From Alphaproteobacteria bacterium (GTDB taxonomy: Bacteria; Pseudomonadota; Alphaproteobacteria; Micavibrionales; SZUA-601), in the NCBI GenBank assembly GCA_965216395.1, contig OZ244156.1:648765-712764 (forward strand): DNA of 64,000 nucleotides, in the 5' to 3' direction. Shown piece after piece: positions 45,038 to 54,505 of this stretch. The position numbers were made by a program, and so were the translations under genes. The notes under the pieces are model-generated. The model was not told the DNA's origin and ran no database searches. It saw only the letters and a list, made by a program, of their open reading frames with translations. The number at the start of each line of letters is the position of its first letter. Position 1 is the first letter of the stretch.

Positions 45038-46042
45038 GTGTCTGTGTCAACTGCAAAAGAAAAAGTAAGCGTTTTGCCAAATAAGCAAGAAGCACTCAAA
45101 ATGTATAAAGATATGCTTGAAATTCGTCGTTTTGAAGAAAAGGCAGGGCAGCTTTACGGCATGGGTCAAATCGCTGGTTTCTGTCACCTTTATATTGGTC
45201 AAGAGGCTGTCGTTGTCGGTATGCAATCTGTTCAAGATAAAAATGACACGGTTATTACAACCTATCGTGACCATGGGCATATGTTGGCCTGTGATATGGA
45301 CCCTAAGGGTGTGATGGCGGAATTAACGGGACGCATTGACGGTTATTCCAAGGGTAAAGGCGGGTCGATGCATATGTTTTCGAAAGAGAAAAACTTTTAT
45401 GGTGGCCATGGGATCGTTGGCGCTTGTGTTCCCTTGGGAACGGGTTTAGCTTTCACGCATAAATATAATAATGATGGTCAAATTAATCTTTGTTACTTCG
45501 GTGATGGTGCCTCCAATCAGGGGCAGGTTTATGAGGCCTTTAACATGGCCAAGCTTTGGAATTTGCCAGTTCTTTATATTATTGAAAACAATAATTATGC
45601 GATGGGTACATCAACTAAACGTCACCGCGCGGGTGAGCTTTACAAGCGTGGCGAAGGGTATGATATTCCTGGCAAAAAAGTTGATGGTATGGATATTTTA
45701 AAAGTCCGAGAAGCGGCCATAGAAGCAATTGATTATGTGCGTTCAGGTAAGGGGCCTTATTTGTTAGAGGTTGAAACCTATCGTTATCGTGGCCACTCTA
45801 TGTCTGATCCGGCAAAATATCGTACTAAAGACGAAGTGAATGAGATGAAATCTCAACGTGATCCGATTAGCAATTTTCAAACATGGCTGATTGATAATAA
45901 TATGGCCAGCGAAGAAGAATTGAAACAAATTGATAAAGACATTAAGGCATTGATGAAAGATGTGGCCGAATTTGCTACGAATTCACCATTACCCGATGCG
46001 TCCGAACTTTGGACGGATGTTTTAATTGAGACGAAGGCTTAA
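45038..46042 (+). CDS. pdhA: Pyruvate dehydrogenase E1 component subunit alpha
   Basis: 334 aa with a GTG start after a GGAGG SD. TPP-binding GDGASNQG...NN motif and [11 protein letters not shown]. Confidence 0.94.
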   Translation: MSVSTAKEKVSVLPNKQEALKMYKDMLEIRRFEEKAGQLYGMGQIAGFCHLYIGQEAVVVGMQSVQDKNDTVITTYRDHGHMLACDMDPKGVMAELTGRIDGYSKGKGGSMHMFSKEKNFYGGHGIVGACVPLGTGLAFTHKYNNDGQINLCYFGDGASNQGQVYEAFNMAKLWNLPVLYIIENNNYAMGTSTKRHRAGELYKRGEGYDIPGKKVDGMDILKVREAAIEAIDYVRSGKGPYLLEVETYRYRGHSMSDPAKYRTKDEVNEMKSQRDPISNFQTWLIDNNMASEEELKQIDKDIKALMKDVAEFATNSPLPDASELWTDVLIETKA

Positions 46043-46053
46043 GGAGAGAGAAA

Positions 46054-47442
46054 ATGACGATTAAAATTCTTATGCCAGCACTCAGCCCCACCATGACCGA
46101 AGGTAATCTTGCGCGCTGGGTTAAAAAAGAAGGTGATACCATTGAATCGGGTGATGTGATTGCTGAAATTGAAACGGATAAAGCCACAATGGAAGTTGAG
46201 GCTGTTGATGACGGTGTTTTAGGTAAAATCCTTATTCCAGAGGGAAGCGAAAACATCGCTGTGAATACGCCGATTGCGGTTTTACTGGAGGAGGGCGAAA
46301 CAGCCGATGATATTGGTGAGATTGACACCAATATTCAATCACAGTCCCGCCCATTGGAAAACCCGACCACGTCACAACCGATTGAAAATATTCCGTGTGT
46401 TCCGCCCGCTGTGGCGCCGACGACACAACCCGTTTCTATACCTGAACCCTCTTATGGTGAAACTCAATCCATGACGGTGCGTGAAGCTTTGCGGGACGCT
46501 ATGGCAGAAGAAATGCGTCAAGACGAAACCATTTACATTATGGGTGAAGAAGTTGCGGAATACCAAGGTGCGTATAAAGTCACTCAAGGGTTGCATGATG
46601 AATTTGGTGATAAACGTGTGATTGATACACCAATTACGGAACACGGTTTCGCTGGAATTGCCGTGGGATCAGCCTTTAACGGTTTGAAACCGATTTGTGA
46701 ATTTATGACCTTTAACTTTTCGATGCAAGCGATTGACCAAATCGTCAATTCTGCCGCCAAAACGCTTTATATGTCGGGTGGGCAATTGGGATGTCCGATT
46801 GTTTTCCGTGGCCCAAATGGCGCAGCATCCCGTGTCGGGGCACAACATTCCCAAGATTTCGCCAGTTGGTATGCTCATATTCCAGGCCTTAAAGTGATAT
46901 CACCATGGTCAGGTGCGGACTGTAAAGGGCTTTTAAAGGCTGCTATTCGTGACCCAAACCCCGTTGTCTTTTTAGAAAATGAATTGATGTATGGCCAAAG
47001 TTTTGAAGTGCCGGTCTCGCAAAATTTCGTTCTTCCTATTGGTAAGGCAAAAATTGAGCGCGCGGGCACGGATGTCACTATTACGGCTTATTCCATTATG
47101 GTAGGTAAAGCTTTACAAGCGGCTGAAAAATTAGCTGAGCAAGGGATCTCGGCGGAAGTGATTAACTTACGCACGATCCGCCCATTGGATGTCCATACAA
47201 TTGTTGAATCGGTTAAAAAGACTAATCGATGGGTCAATGCTGAAGAATGTTGGCCACAACATGGGATTGGTTCAGAAATGGCGGCGATTGCGATGGAACA
47301 TTGTTTTGATTATTTGGATGCACCAGTGAAACGCGTTCATCAGAAAAATGTGCCTTTGCCCTATGCTGAAAATTTAGAGAAAATAGCGTTGCCACAAGTC
47401 GATGATATAATCAATGCGTGTAAAGAAGTGTGTTATAAATAG
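46054..47442 (+). CDS. pdhB: Pyruvate dehydrogenase E1 component subunit beta with N-terminal lipoyl domain
   Basis: N-terminal lipoyl domain ([14 protein letters not shown]), Pro/Thr-rich linker, then the E1-beta transketolase-like core. 462 aa. Confidence 0.94.
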   Translation: MTIKILMPALSPTMTEGNLARWVKKEGDTIESGDVIAEIETDKATMEVEAVDDGVLGKILIPEGSENIAVNTPIAVLLEEGETADDIGEIDTNIQSQSRPLENPTTSQPIENIPCVPPAVAPTTQPVSIPEPSYGETQSMTVREALRDAMAEEMRQDETIYIMGEEVAEYQGAYKVTQGLHDEFGDKRVIDTPITEHGFAGIAVGSAFNGLKPICEFMTFNFSMQAIDQIVNSAAKTLYMSGGQLGCPIVFRGPNGAASRVGAQHSQDFASWYAHIPGLKVISPWSGADCKGLLKAAIRDPNPVVFLENELMYGQSFEVPVSQNFVLPIGKAKIERAGTDVTITAYSIMVGKALQAAEKLAEQGISAEVINLRTIRPLDVHTIVESVKKTNRWVNAEECWPQHGIGSEMAAIAMEHCFDYLDAPVKRVHQKNVPLPYAENLEKIALPQVDDIINACKEVCYK

Positions 47443-47940
47443 ATGAATTCCCTATCAAAAATTCAACATGATCCCAATACTCTGGCACAGCCATATTGTG
47501 CGGCTTATGTCTTTTTGAAAAAAGAAGATAAGTATTTTTTCTTGCGTAGAGTTAATACAGGATATCATGATGGACTTTATGGTGTTCCTGCGGGAAAACT
47601 AGATGTTGGTGAAACTATTTATGATTGTGCTATTCGTGAAGCAAAGGAAGAGGCTGGTGTAACTGTCAGCAGGGATGATTTAACGTTTCTAGGGACAGCT
47701 CAACGGTTTGACCCAACATCAAGTAAATATCCTCATTGGATAGATTTTTTCTTTTCTGCGGAAGTTTGGGAGGGAACAGCACAAAATATGGAGGCCGATA
47801 AAGCAGATGACTTTGGATGGTTTACGCTTGATGAATTGAAAGGAAAAGTTGCTCCTAATCAATATGATGCGATCTTAAACGTTGAAACAGAAAAAGTTCT
47901 TATTCAACATGAAAACGAAAATGGAATAAAACATGACTGA
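47443..47940 (+). CDS. Nudix hydrolase
   Basis: Perfect Nudix box G-x5-E-x7-REAKEEAGV (GKLDVGETIYDCAIREAKEEAGV). 165 aa. Its ATG directly abuts the pdhB stop. AT-rich. Confidence 0.85.
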   Translation: MNSLSKIQHDPNTLAQPYCAAYVFLKKEDKYFFLRRVNTGYHDGLYGVPAGKLDVGETIYDCAIREAKEEAGVTVSRDDLTFLGTAQRFDPTSSKYPHWIDFFFSAEVWEGTAQNMEADKADDFGWFTLDELKGKVAPNQYDAILNVETEKVLIQHENENGIKHD

Positions 47941-48241
47941 TGAAGGCTTTGATATAAAATTAACTGAGAGACAGCAGAACATTCTCCTTATTTTAAAAGA
48001 AGGAGACAAGACTGGTGCTGAAATTATAAAATCCTATAAACAGAATTATAATAAAGTAATATTATTAGGTAGTGTTTACTCAGACTGTAAGCATATGATG
48101 CAAAATGGCCTTGTTAAAAAACATACTCCATCGACAGAAAATAGAGAGAAATATACCCTAGATGAAAACGGTAAAAAGATAACTGATCAAATTCAATTAA
48201 ATATGCAAACTAATAATGGTTTAATCCAACTTGTTTTTTAA
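47933..48241 (+). CDS. Small winged-helix DNA-binding protein (PadR/MarR-like)
   Basis: 102 aa. LTERQQNILLILKEGDKTGAEII...GSVYSDCKHMMQNGLVKK...YTLDENGKK matches the helix-turn-helix plus wing pattern of PadR-like proteins. 8-nt overlap with the Nudix gene. Very AT-rich. Confidence 0.5.
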   Translation: MTDEGFDIKLTERQQNILLILKEGDKTGAEIIKSYKQNYNKVILLGSVYSDCKHMMQNGLVKKHTPSTENREKYTLDENGKKITDQIQLNMQTNNGLIQLVF

Positions 48242-48260
48242 AAAATTAGGTGAATAAAAC

Positions 48261-49568
48261 ATGCCAACAAAAATTTTAATGCCCGCTTTAAGCCCCACCA
48301 TGACCGAAGGCAACCTTGCCAAATGGTCCATTAAAGAGGGCGACACCATTACTTCTGGCGATGTGATTGCCGAAATTGAGACGGATAAGGCCACGATGGA
48401 ATTTGAAGCCGTGGATGAAGGGGTATTGGCCAAAATCATTATCCCAGAAGGTACCGAAAATGTGCCTGTAAACGCCATGATCGGTGTTTTGTTAGAAGAG
48501 GGTGAAGAAGACGCCGATATTGATTCTTTTATCGCTGCGAATAAGGACGAACCAAAGCCGCAAGCGAATAATCCTACTGCGACAGCGCCAACTCCAACGC
48601 CACCACCGACTACTGCGACACCTGCACCGATGGCAACACCAACACCTGTGGCGCAATCTGGTGGACATCAAGATCGTGTCTTTATTTCACCTTTGGCACG
48701 TCGTCTGGCCGCGCAACATGGTATACAAATTGTTATCCCAGGATCGGGGCCCAATGGCCGTATCATTAAGGCCGATATTGATCGGTTGATTGCTTCGGGT
48801 GACAATACGCAACTTATTAACGCACCACAGAAAAAGAAAGGCCCATCTGCTAGTGAATTGGCCGATATGTTGGGGATTAAGTATATTCGAGAGAAAGTGT
48901 CTAATGTTCGTAAGACCATTGCAGGGCGCCTGAGCGAATCAAAACAAGAAGTGCCACATTTCTATTTAACCGTTGCATGTAATATTGATGCCCTCTTAAG
49001 CGCACGTAAGGCACTTAACACCAAAGGGGATGGTGCTTATAAAGTATCCGTTAATGACTATATTATTAAAGCCTGCGCGCTTGCCTTGAAAAAAGTGCCA
49101 GAGGCGAATACGTCTTGGAATGAAGATAGTATACTCACCTATGAACATGCCGATATTTCTGTGGCCGTGGCAACCGATAACGGCCTGATCACGCCAATTG
49201 TCGCCAAGGCAGAAGAAAAAGATTTGGTCACAATTTCTGATGAAATGAAAGATTTGGCCACACGGGCTAAGGCTGGTAAATTAAAACCAACCGAATTCCA
49301 AGGGGGGAGTTTCTCGCTTTCTAATTTAGGGATGTTTGGGATTAAGGAATTTTCAGCAATTATTAATCCACCGCAATCGTGTATTTTGGCCGTTGGTGCC
49401 GGAACGCCAACGCCCATCGTCAAAGATGGAGAGATTGTTATCGGCACGATAATGCATTGTACGCTTTCTGTGGATCATCGCTCCGTTGATGGCGCTGTGG
49501 GTGCCCAATTCCTGGCTGCCTTTAAAGAATTTATTGAAAGCCCAGAATTGATGGACGCATCATCATGA
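48261..49568 (+). CDS. pdhC: Pyruvate dehydrogenase complex dihydrolipoamide acetyltransferase (E2)
   Basis: Lipoyl domain, P/T/A linker, E3-binding domain ([14 protein letters not shown]) and catalytic domain ([10 protein letters not shown]). Confidence 0.95.
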   Translation: MPTKILMPALSPTMTEGNLAKWSIKEGDTITSGDVIAEIETDKATMEFEAVDEGVLAKIIIPEGTENVPVNAMIGVLLEEGEEDADIDSFIAANKDEPKPQANNPTATAPTPTPPPTTATPAPMATPTPVAQSGGHQDRVFISPLARRLAAQHGIQIVIPGSGPNGRIIKADIDRLIASGDNTQLINAPQKKKGPSASELADMLGIKYIREKVSNVRKTIAGRLSESKQEVPHFYLTVACNIDALLSARKALNTKGDGAYKVSVNDYIIKACALALKKVPEANTSWNEDSILTYEHADISVAVATDNGLITPIVAKAEEKDLVTISDEMKDLATRAKAGKLKPTEFQGGSFSLSNLGMFGIKEFSAIINPPQSCILAVGAGTPTPIVKDGEIVIGTIMHCTLSVDHRSVDGAVGAQFLAAFKEFIESPELMDASS

Positions 49569-49882
49569 CAAAAACCGTTGATCGCTCACCCTTAGTTGAT
49601 TTCCGTGATCGTCTGGATGAAATTGATGATCAAATCATGGCACTTTTTGCCAAACGTTACCGTGTGCGCGATGAAACGATGCCGGTTAAACGTATGCATG
49701 ACATGCCTATTATTGTACAATCACGTGTGGATGAAGTGATTAACCGCGCTATTAAAAATGCTGAAGAATTGGACGTTCCAGCTGATTTTGCGCGTGCGTT
49801 ATATAAATTGGTTATTGATTACTCGCACCAATATGAAGAAGAATTTTATTCTCATCTAACCAAAAAAGAAGAGATTGTTTAG
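49565..49882 (+). CDS. Chorismate mutase-like (AroQ class) small protein
   Basis: 105 aa. [22 protein letters not shown] resembles the AroQ helix-1 motif (R..ID.ID..I..LL..R). ATGA overlap with pdhC. Confidence 0.5.
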   Translation: MTKTVDRSPLVDFRDRLDEIDDQIMALFAKRYRVRDETMPVKRMHDMPIIVQSRVDEVINRAIKNAEELDVPADFARALYKLVIDYSHQYEEEFYSHLTKKEEIV

Positions 49883-50419
49883 ATGAAAATAGGGATTGTT
49901 TCAGATAGCCATGAACACACGGATAATATTAAGAAAACACTGTCTTACCTTGAAGAGTTTGGCTGTGAAGCTCTGATTTTCTGTGGTGATTTTTGTGCGC
50001 CTGGCACAGGCGCGCTTTTAGCAGAATTTAAAGGACCTAAACATTTTATTTTTGGCAATAATGATGGGGATCAATATAATTTGGCGCGTGTCGTTGCAGA
50101 AACGGCTACCGATGTTCATTGGTATGGTGAAAGTAAGGGGTCCGTTGAAATTGATGATATAAAGATCTTTATGACGCATTATCCGATTTATGCACGCCAT
50201 GCCGCTAAATCAGGCGAATATGACTTGGTATGTTTCGGTCACGACCATAAAGCACGTATTGAAGAATATGATACATGTTTGGCTGTAAACGCTGGATGTT
50301 TAAATCCGATGAAAATACGTGGTGATAAACCACCAAGCTATGCTATTTATGATACGAATACACGTAAAGCGACAATTTATGATTTAGAGAACACTATTTT
50401 AGCAGAAAAGAGTTTATAA
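49883..50419 (+). CDS. YfcE/MJ0936-family metallophosphoesterase
   Basis: IGIVSDSHEH, CGDF, GNNDGD and GHDH motifs of calcineurin-like phosphoesterases. 178 aa. Abuts neighbours on both sides. Confidence 0.8.
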   Translation: MKIGIVSDSHEHTDNIKKTLSYLEEFGCEALIFCGDFCAPGTGALLAEFKGPKHFIFGNNDGDQYNLARVVAETATDVHWYGESKGSVEIDDIKIFMTHYPIYARHAAKSGEYDLVCFGHDHKARIEEYDTCLAVNAGCLNPMKIRGDKPPSYAIYDTNTRKATIYDLENTILAEKSL

Positions 50420-50420
50420 A

Positions 50421-51821
50421 ATGAGTGAAACGCAATTTGATTTGATCGTTGTTGGTGGCGGGCCAGGAGGTTATGTTGCCGCCATTCGTGGTGCACAATT
50501 GGGTATGAATGTGGCCGTTGTAGAACGCGAGCATATGGGCGGTATTTGCCTCAATTGGGGATGTATACCAACCAAGGCTCTGCTTCGTTCTTCTGAAATT
50601 AATCACCTTATGCACAATGCGGAAGATTATGGATTTAAAATCAGTGAGATAGAGTTTGATTTTAACAAAATAATTGAACGTTCACGCGCGGTATCGAAAC
50701 AACTTTCTTCTGGTGTGACGCATCTGATGAAAAAAAATAAAATCCCCATATTTGATGCACATGCCGCCCTTGATGGGCCTGGTAAATTGGTTCTCTCAAA
50801 CGGCAAAGATGCGGGCAAAACACTCACCGCACCGCATATTATCTTGGCCACGGGTGCACGCGCCCGTCAACTTCCCGGTTTAGAGGCCGATGAAAAACTG
50901 ATCTGGACGTACAAAAAAGCGATGACACCTGATCAAATGCCAAAAAGTTTGTTGGTTGTTGGTTCAGGTGCGATTGGTTCTGAATTTGCGTCATTTTATC
51001 AAAATATGGGCGTTAATGTTACTTTGGTGGAAGTGGTTGACCGTATTTTACCCGTTGAAGACGCCGAAATATCGGCTTTTGTGCAAAAATCCTTTGAAAA
51101 AGACGGTATGACGGTTTTAACCAATGCCATGGTTAAAGCGCTTGATAAGGGCGAAGACGAAGTGACCGCCACGATTGAACAAAATGGCGAACAAACTCAA
51201 CATAGATTTGATCGCGTGATTATGGCCGTGGGTATTGTGGGCAATTCCGATAATATCGGCTTGGAAACCACAAAGGTACAAACAGATCGTGGGCATATTG
51301 TCACGGATGGCTATGGCCGAACAAATGAACCAGGGATATATGCGATTGGTGATGTCACTGGTGCGCCATGGTTGGCGCATAAAGCATCGCATGAAGGTGT
51401 CATTTGTGTTGAAAAAATTGCCAACCATCCGAATGTTCATCCGATGAAAAAAGAAAATATTCCCGGATGTACTTATTGCCGGCCACAGGTTGCCAGTGTT
51501 GGTTTAACAGCCGAAAAAGCCCAAGCGCTGGGTCATCGTGTTAAGGTGGGTAAATTCCCCTTTATGGCCAATGGAAAGGCGATTGCCTTGGGCGAACCGG
51601 AAGGATTTATTAAAACCGTTTTTGATGAAAAAACAGGTGAACTTTTGGGCGCCCATATGGTCGGCGCGGAAGTGACCGAACTCATCCAAGGCTATACGAT
51701 CGCCAAAACCAATGAATTAACCGAGTCCGAATTGATGCACACCGTCTTCCCACATCCGACACTGTCGGAAATGATGCACGAAGCCGTTCTCGATGCCTAT
51801 GGCAAAGTAATTCATTTTTAA
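50421..51821 (+). CDS. lpdA: Dihydrolipoyl dehydrogenase (E3)
   Basis: GGGPGGY FAD motif, redox-active CLNWGCIPTK and C-terminal HPTLSE. Confidence 0.96.
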   Translation: MSETQFDLIVVGGGPGGYVAAIRGAQLGMNVAVVEREHMGGICLNWGCIPTKALLRSSEINHLMHNAEDYGFKISEIEFDFNKIIERSRAVSKQLSSGVTHLMKKNKIPIFDAHAALDGPGKLVLSNGKDAGKTLTAPHIILATGARARQLPGLEADEKLIWTYKKAMTPDQMPKSLLVVGSGAIGSEFASFYQNMGVNVTLVEVVDRILPVEDAEISAFVQKSFEKDGMTVLTNAMVKALDKGEDEVTATIEQNGEQTQHRFDRVIMAVGIVGNSDNIGLETTKVQTDRGHIVTDGYGRTNEPGIYAIGDVTGAPWLAHKASHEGVICVEKIANHPNVHPMKKENIPGCTYCRPQVASVGLTAEKAQALGHRVKVGKFPFMANGKAIALGEPEGFIKTVFDEKTGELLGAHMVGAEVTELIQGYTIAKTNELTESELMHTVFPHPTLSEMMHEAVLDAYGKVIHF

Positions 51822-51841
51822 TATTAACTAATAAATATTAA

Positions 51842-51870
51842 TTGACATAGTACTAGATTATCTTTATTTA
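51842..51870 (+). promoter_or_regulatory. Putative sigma70 promoter of small orphan S1 (TTGACA-N17-TATTTA)
   Basis: Perfect -35 at 51842-51847, 17-nt spacer, -10 at 51865-51870. GGAG SD before the ATG at 51900. Confidence 0.5.
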
Positions 51871-51899
51871 TAACAATATAAGTTTATGGAGATAATAAT

Positions 51900-52202
51900 A
51901 TGTCAAATGAACAAACTGTTAAAGAATTTTATGTTTTAGCTTTATTAGCTGAAAACAAGGGGGATACATTATTCCTTAAAGAAAAATATGATTCTAGTTC
52001 AGGTCTATATTTTTGGTCTTTAAGCAAGTGGAGTGAAAAGAATTCTGTTAAAGAATTTACGACTAAATCTGAAGTAAATGATATGAAAAGACAGATGAAA
52101 AAAAACTTTACCTTGTTTGGTGAATGTGAACAATCCGAAGAAGAAAAGTTAAAACAAATTAGATCTTTAAAAATAAAAACTGTGACAATATCTGTTTCTT
52201 AA
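51900..52202 (+). CDS. Small orphan protein S1 (100 aa), paralog of the 53154..53438 ORF
   Basis: Has an SD and a consensus promoter. Shares MSN..., (Y/H)VLALL(A/N)ENK, L(F/Y)LK and the C-terminal I..L.(I/V)...(I/L)S(V/L) with the second ORF. AT-rich. Confidence 0.6.
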   Translation: MSNEQTVKEFYVLALLAENKGDTLFLKEKYDSSSGLYFWSLSKWSEKNSVKEFTTKSEVNDMKRQMKKNFTLFGECEQSEEEKLKQIRSLKIKTVTISVS

Positions 52203-52229
52203 GAACAAATACACATATTTTATAAATAT

Positions 52230-53027
52230 CTACCGAAACAGCACCAAACTAAGGGCGAGGGCGGCCATACCAAGGACGAGACCGTAAACAGGCTCATGCC
52301 CTTTGGAATAACGTTTGGCGGCGGGCAGGAGTTCATCCACGGCCAAAAACACCATCGCACCCGCAATCACGGCGAAAACAGCCCCATAAATAAAAGGTGA
52401 AAGGTAAGGTGCCAATACCAAATACCCAATCAAGGCGCCAACAGGTTCAGCCAAGGCTGATAATAGACAAGCAAAAAAAGCTTTTCTACGACTGCCCGTG
52501 GCATAATAAACCGGAATGGCGATCGAAACGCCTTCGGGGATATTATGAATTGCAATCGCGACGGCCAATGGCGCCCCAACAACCGGGTTATCTAAGGTGG
52601 CAAAAAATGTTGCCAAGCCTTCAGGGAAATTATGTGCGGTAATGGCGAGAGCCGCCATTAAACCAATGCGCCCAACATGTTTTTTATTGACTATTTCTTC
52701 TTCGGTTAAATTCGCGTGTGGATTGGGGATAAAACGATCTAAAACGACCAACAAGGTTACACCGATAAAAAAGAATAAAGTCGCATAACCATAGGCGAAT
52801 TGATCACCATAAATATCCAAAAACGCAATATGTGATTTATTAAATATTTCCACCAAAGACACATAAACCATGGCACCGCCTGCAAAAGCAAGACCGAATG
52901 ACAAAAGCCGCGCATTATCCCGGTTCACGGGATAAACAACCGCTAAGGCGCCTAATAATGTTGCCATCGCCGCTCCCATACAAACAGCAAAAGCCAATAA
53001 TACCTCATGTGAAAAAATCATATCCAT
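52230..53027 (-). CDS. zupT: ZIP-family zinc transporter ZupT
   Basis: 265 aa, polytopic. HNFPEGLA and HNIPEG motifs. Confidence 0.9.
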   Translation of the reverse strand: MDMIFSHEVLLAFAVCMGAAMATLLGALAVVYPVNRDNARLLSFGLAFAGGAMVYVSLVEIFNKSHIAFLDIYGDQFAYGYATLFFFIGVTLLVVLDRFIPNPHANLTEEEIVNKKHVGRIGLMAALAITAHNFPEGLATFFATLDNPVVGAPLAVAIAIHNIPEGVSIAIPVYYATGSRRKAFFACLLSALAEPVGALIGYLVLAPYLSPFIYGAVFAVIAGAMVFLAVDELLPAAKRYSKGHEPVYGLVLGMAALALSLVLFR

Positions 53028-53073
53028 AAAAATACTCTAACAGTGTTTCAAAAAAGCGCCAAGGGGTCAAATC

Positions 53074-53097
53074 ACATATTGACATATTGACATATTG
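53074..53097. repeat. Perfect 3 x 8-bp tandem repeat (ACATATTG)3 in the zupT / S2 divergent intergenic region
   Basis: Read directly: ACATATTG ACATATTG ACATATTG. It generates two overlapping TTGACA hexamers at 53079-53084 and 53087-53092. Confidence 0.9.
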
Positions 53098-53115
53098 CTA
53101 TATTTGCTTTATTCA
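53087..53115 (+). promoter_or_regulatory. Putative sigma70 promoter of small orphan S2 (TTGACA-N17-TATTCA)
   Basis: The second TTGACA of the tandem repeat, a 17-nt spacer, then TATTCA at 53110-53115. Confidence 0.4.
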
Positions 53116-53153
53116 GGGTATGAATAAAGTTTAATATATTGGTAAAAAAAACT

Positions 53154-53438
53154 ATGTCTAACACTCAAAAAAATCATGTTCTTGCTTTGCTAAATGAAAA
53201 TAAGCCATCACTGTATTTAAAAGCAGTCAATGCCGGACCAGATAACGATGCTTATGATTTAACTAAGGACAAAAATGATCAAAATATAGTTTATTTTGAG
53301 GATTACATGGAAGCGAGCAGTTTTAGGAAAAAAGTTTTAGAAAGCAAAACAATATTTTACAAGGGAATTTTAGATAGAGAAAGATATAGTGACGAAATTA
53401 TCGGCCTCAATGTAATAGATACTTCACTTTCTCTCTAA
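53154..53438 (+). CDS. Small orphan protein S2 (94 aa), paralog of 51900..52202
   Basis: The ATG at 53154 ([17 protein letters not shown]) is preferred over the tracked TTG at 53139 because it aligns with the S1 N-terminus. AT-rich. Confidence 0.55.
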   Translation: MSNTQKNHVLALLNENKPSLYLKAVNAGPDNDAYDLTKDKNDQNIVYFEDYMEASSFRKKVLESKTIFYKGILDRERYSDEIIGLNVIDTSLSL

Positions 53439-53461
53439 AACATTCTAAGATACCGTCCATT

Positions 53462-54487
53462 ATGACGATTGATCAGCAAAGCCCACCAGAATTAAAAATT
53501 ATCCAACCCCAGGGTAAGGAGAATATGGACGTGTCCGCCCGTTTAAGCGGTTCAAAAGAACGCCATCCAGAAAAGGCGCATAAGCCAGACAACCCTGTAC
53601 AACGCAAAAAACCGTCATGGATTCGTGCAAAATCGCCAACCTCTGAAGGGTATTTTAAAACCAAAGGGATTTTAAAAAATTTGGGTTTAACAACCGTCTG
53701 TGAAGAAGCAGCATGTCCGAATATTGGCGAATGTTGGAAGCAACAACATGCCACAATGATGATTATGGGCGATACCTGTACCCGCGCGTGTTCTTTTTGT
53801 AACATCGCCACCGGTAAGCCGGAAGATTTAGACCCCTTTGAACCCCAACGTGTTGCCGTGGCCGTGATGGAGCTGGGCTTAAAACATGTGGTGATCACCT
53901 CTGTTGATCGCGATGATATCCCCGATGGTGGCGCGGCGCATTTTGTCAAAACCATTGAACGTATTAAAGCCATGGCGCCCAATACAACCGTGGAAATTCT
54001 GACCCCCGACTTTCTGCGTAAAGAAAGTTCGATTGATTTGGTGGCACGCGCTAAACCCGATGTTTTTAATCATAATTTAGAGACCGTACCACGCCTTTAT
54101 CCAACAATTCGTCCAGGATCACGTTATTTTTCTTCGCTGCGCCTCTTGCAACGTGTCAAAGAAGTTGAGCCAGAGACCTTTACTAAGTCAGGGATTATGG
54201 TCGGATTGGGCGAAAGCAAAGAAGAAGTCATTCAAGTCATGAATGATATGCGCGCGGCCGATATTGATTTTCTGACCATTGGACAGTATTTACAACCATC
54301 GCCTAAACATGCTGCGGTGGAACGTTTTGTTACTCCTGAAGAATTTGAAACCTATGAAAAAATTGCCCGTGGTAAGGGATTTCTTATGGTTTCGGCCACA
54401 CCGATGACCCGTTCTAGTTATCACGCAGGCGATGATTTTGAACGGTTGCGCGCTGCCCGTATGGCAAAATTTAATGCGGCTGAATAA
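53462..54487 (+). CDS. lipA: Lipoyl synthase
   Basis: [13 protein letters not shown] and radical-[12 protein letters not shown] cluster motifs. 341 aa. Confidence 0.96.
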   Translation: MTIDQQSPPELKIIQPQGKENMDVSARLSGSKERHPEKAHKPDNPVQRKKPSWIRAKSPTSEGYFKTKGILKNLGLTTVCEEAACPNIGECWKQQHATMMIMGDTCTRACSFCNIATGKPEDLDPFEPQRVAVAVMELGLKHVVITSVDRDDIPDGGAAHFVKTIERIKAMAPNTTVEILTPDFLRKESSIDLVARAKPDVFNHNLETVPRLYPTIRPGSRYFSSLRLLQRVKEVEPETFTKSGIMVGLGESKEEVIQVMNDMRAADIDFLTIGQYLQPSPKHAAVERFVTPEEFETYEKIARGKGFLMVSATPMTRSSYHAGDDFERLRAARMAKFNAAE

Positions 54488-54505
54488 TATTGATAAGAAA
54501 AAATT

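Noticed and set aside
46054-46300. Lipoyl domain fused to the N-terminus of E1-beta (PdhB)
   Set aside because: To my knowledge this architecture is a known feature of alphaproteobacterial PdhB (for example Zymomonas and rhizobia), so it is not novel by itself.
45975-48478. Two minus-strand ORFs (45975..46331 and 48221..48478) with strikingly similar translations (…[13 protein letters not shown]…)
   Set aside because: Both are antisense shadows of the duplicated lipoyl-domain coding segments of pdhB and pdhC. The similarity merely reflects that repeat.
53473-53982. 169-aa minus-strand ORF inside lipA
   Set aside because: It lies entirely antisense to the well-supported lipA gene. The G/C-rich third positions of lipA keep the opposite frame open. 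There is no independent support.
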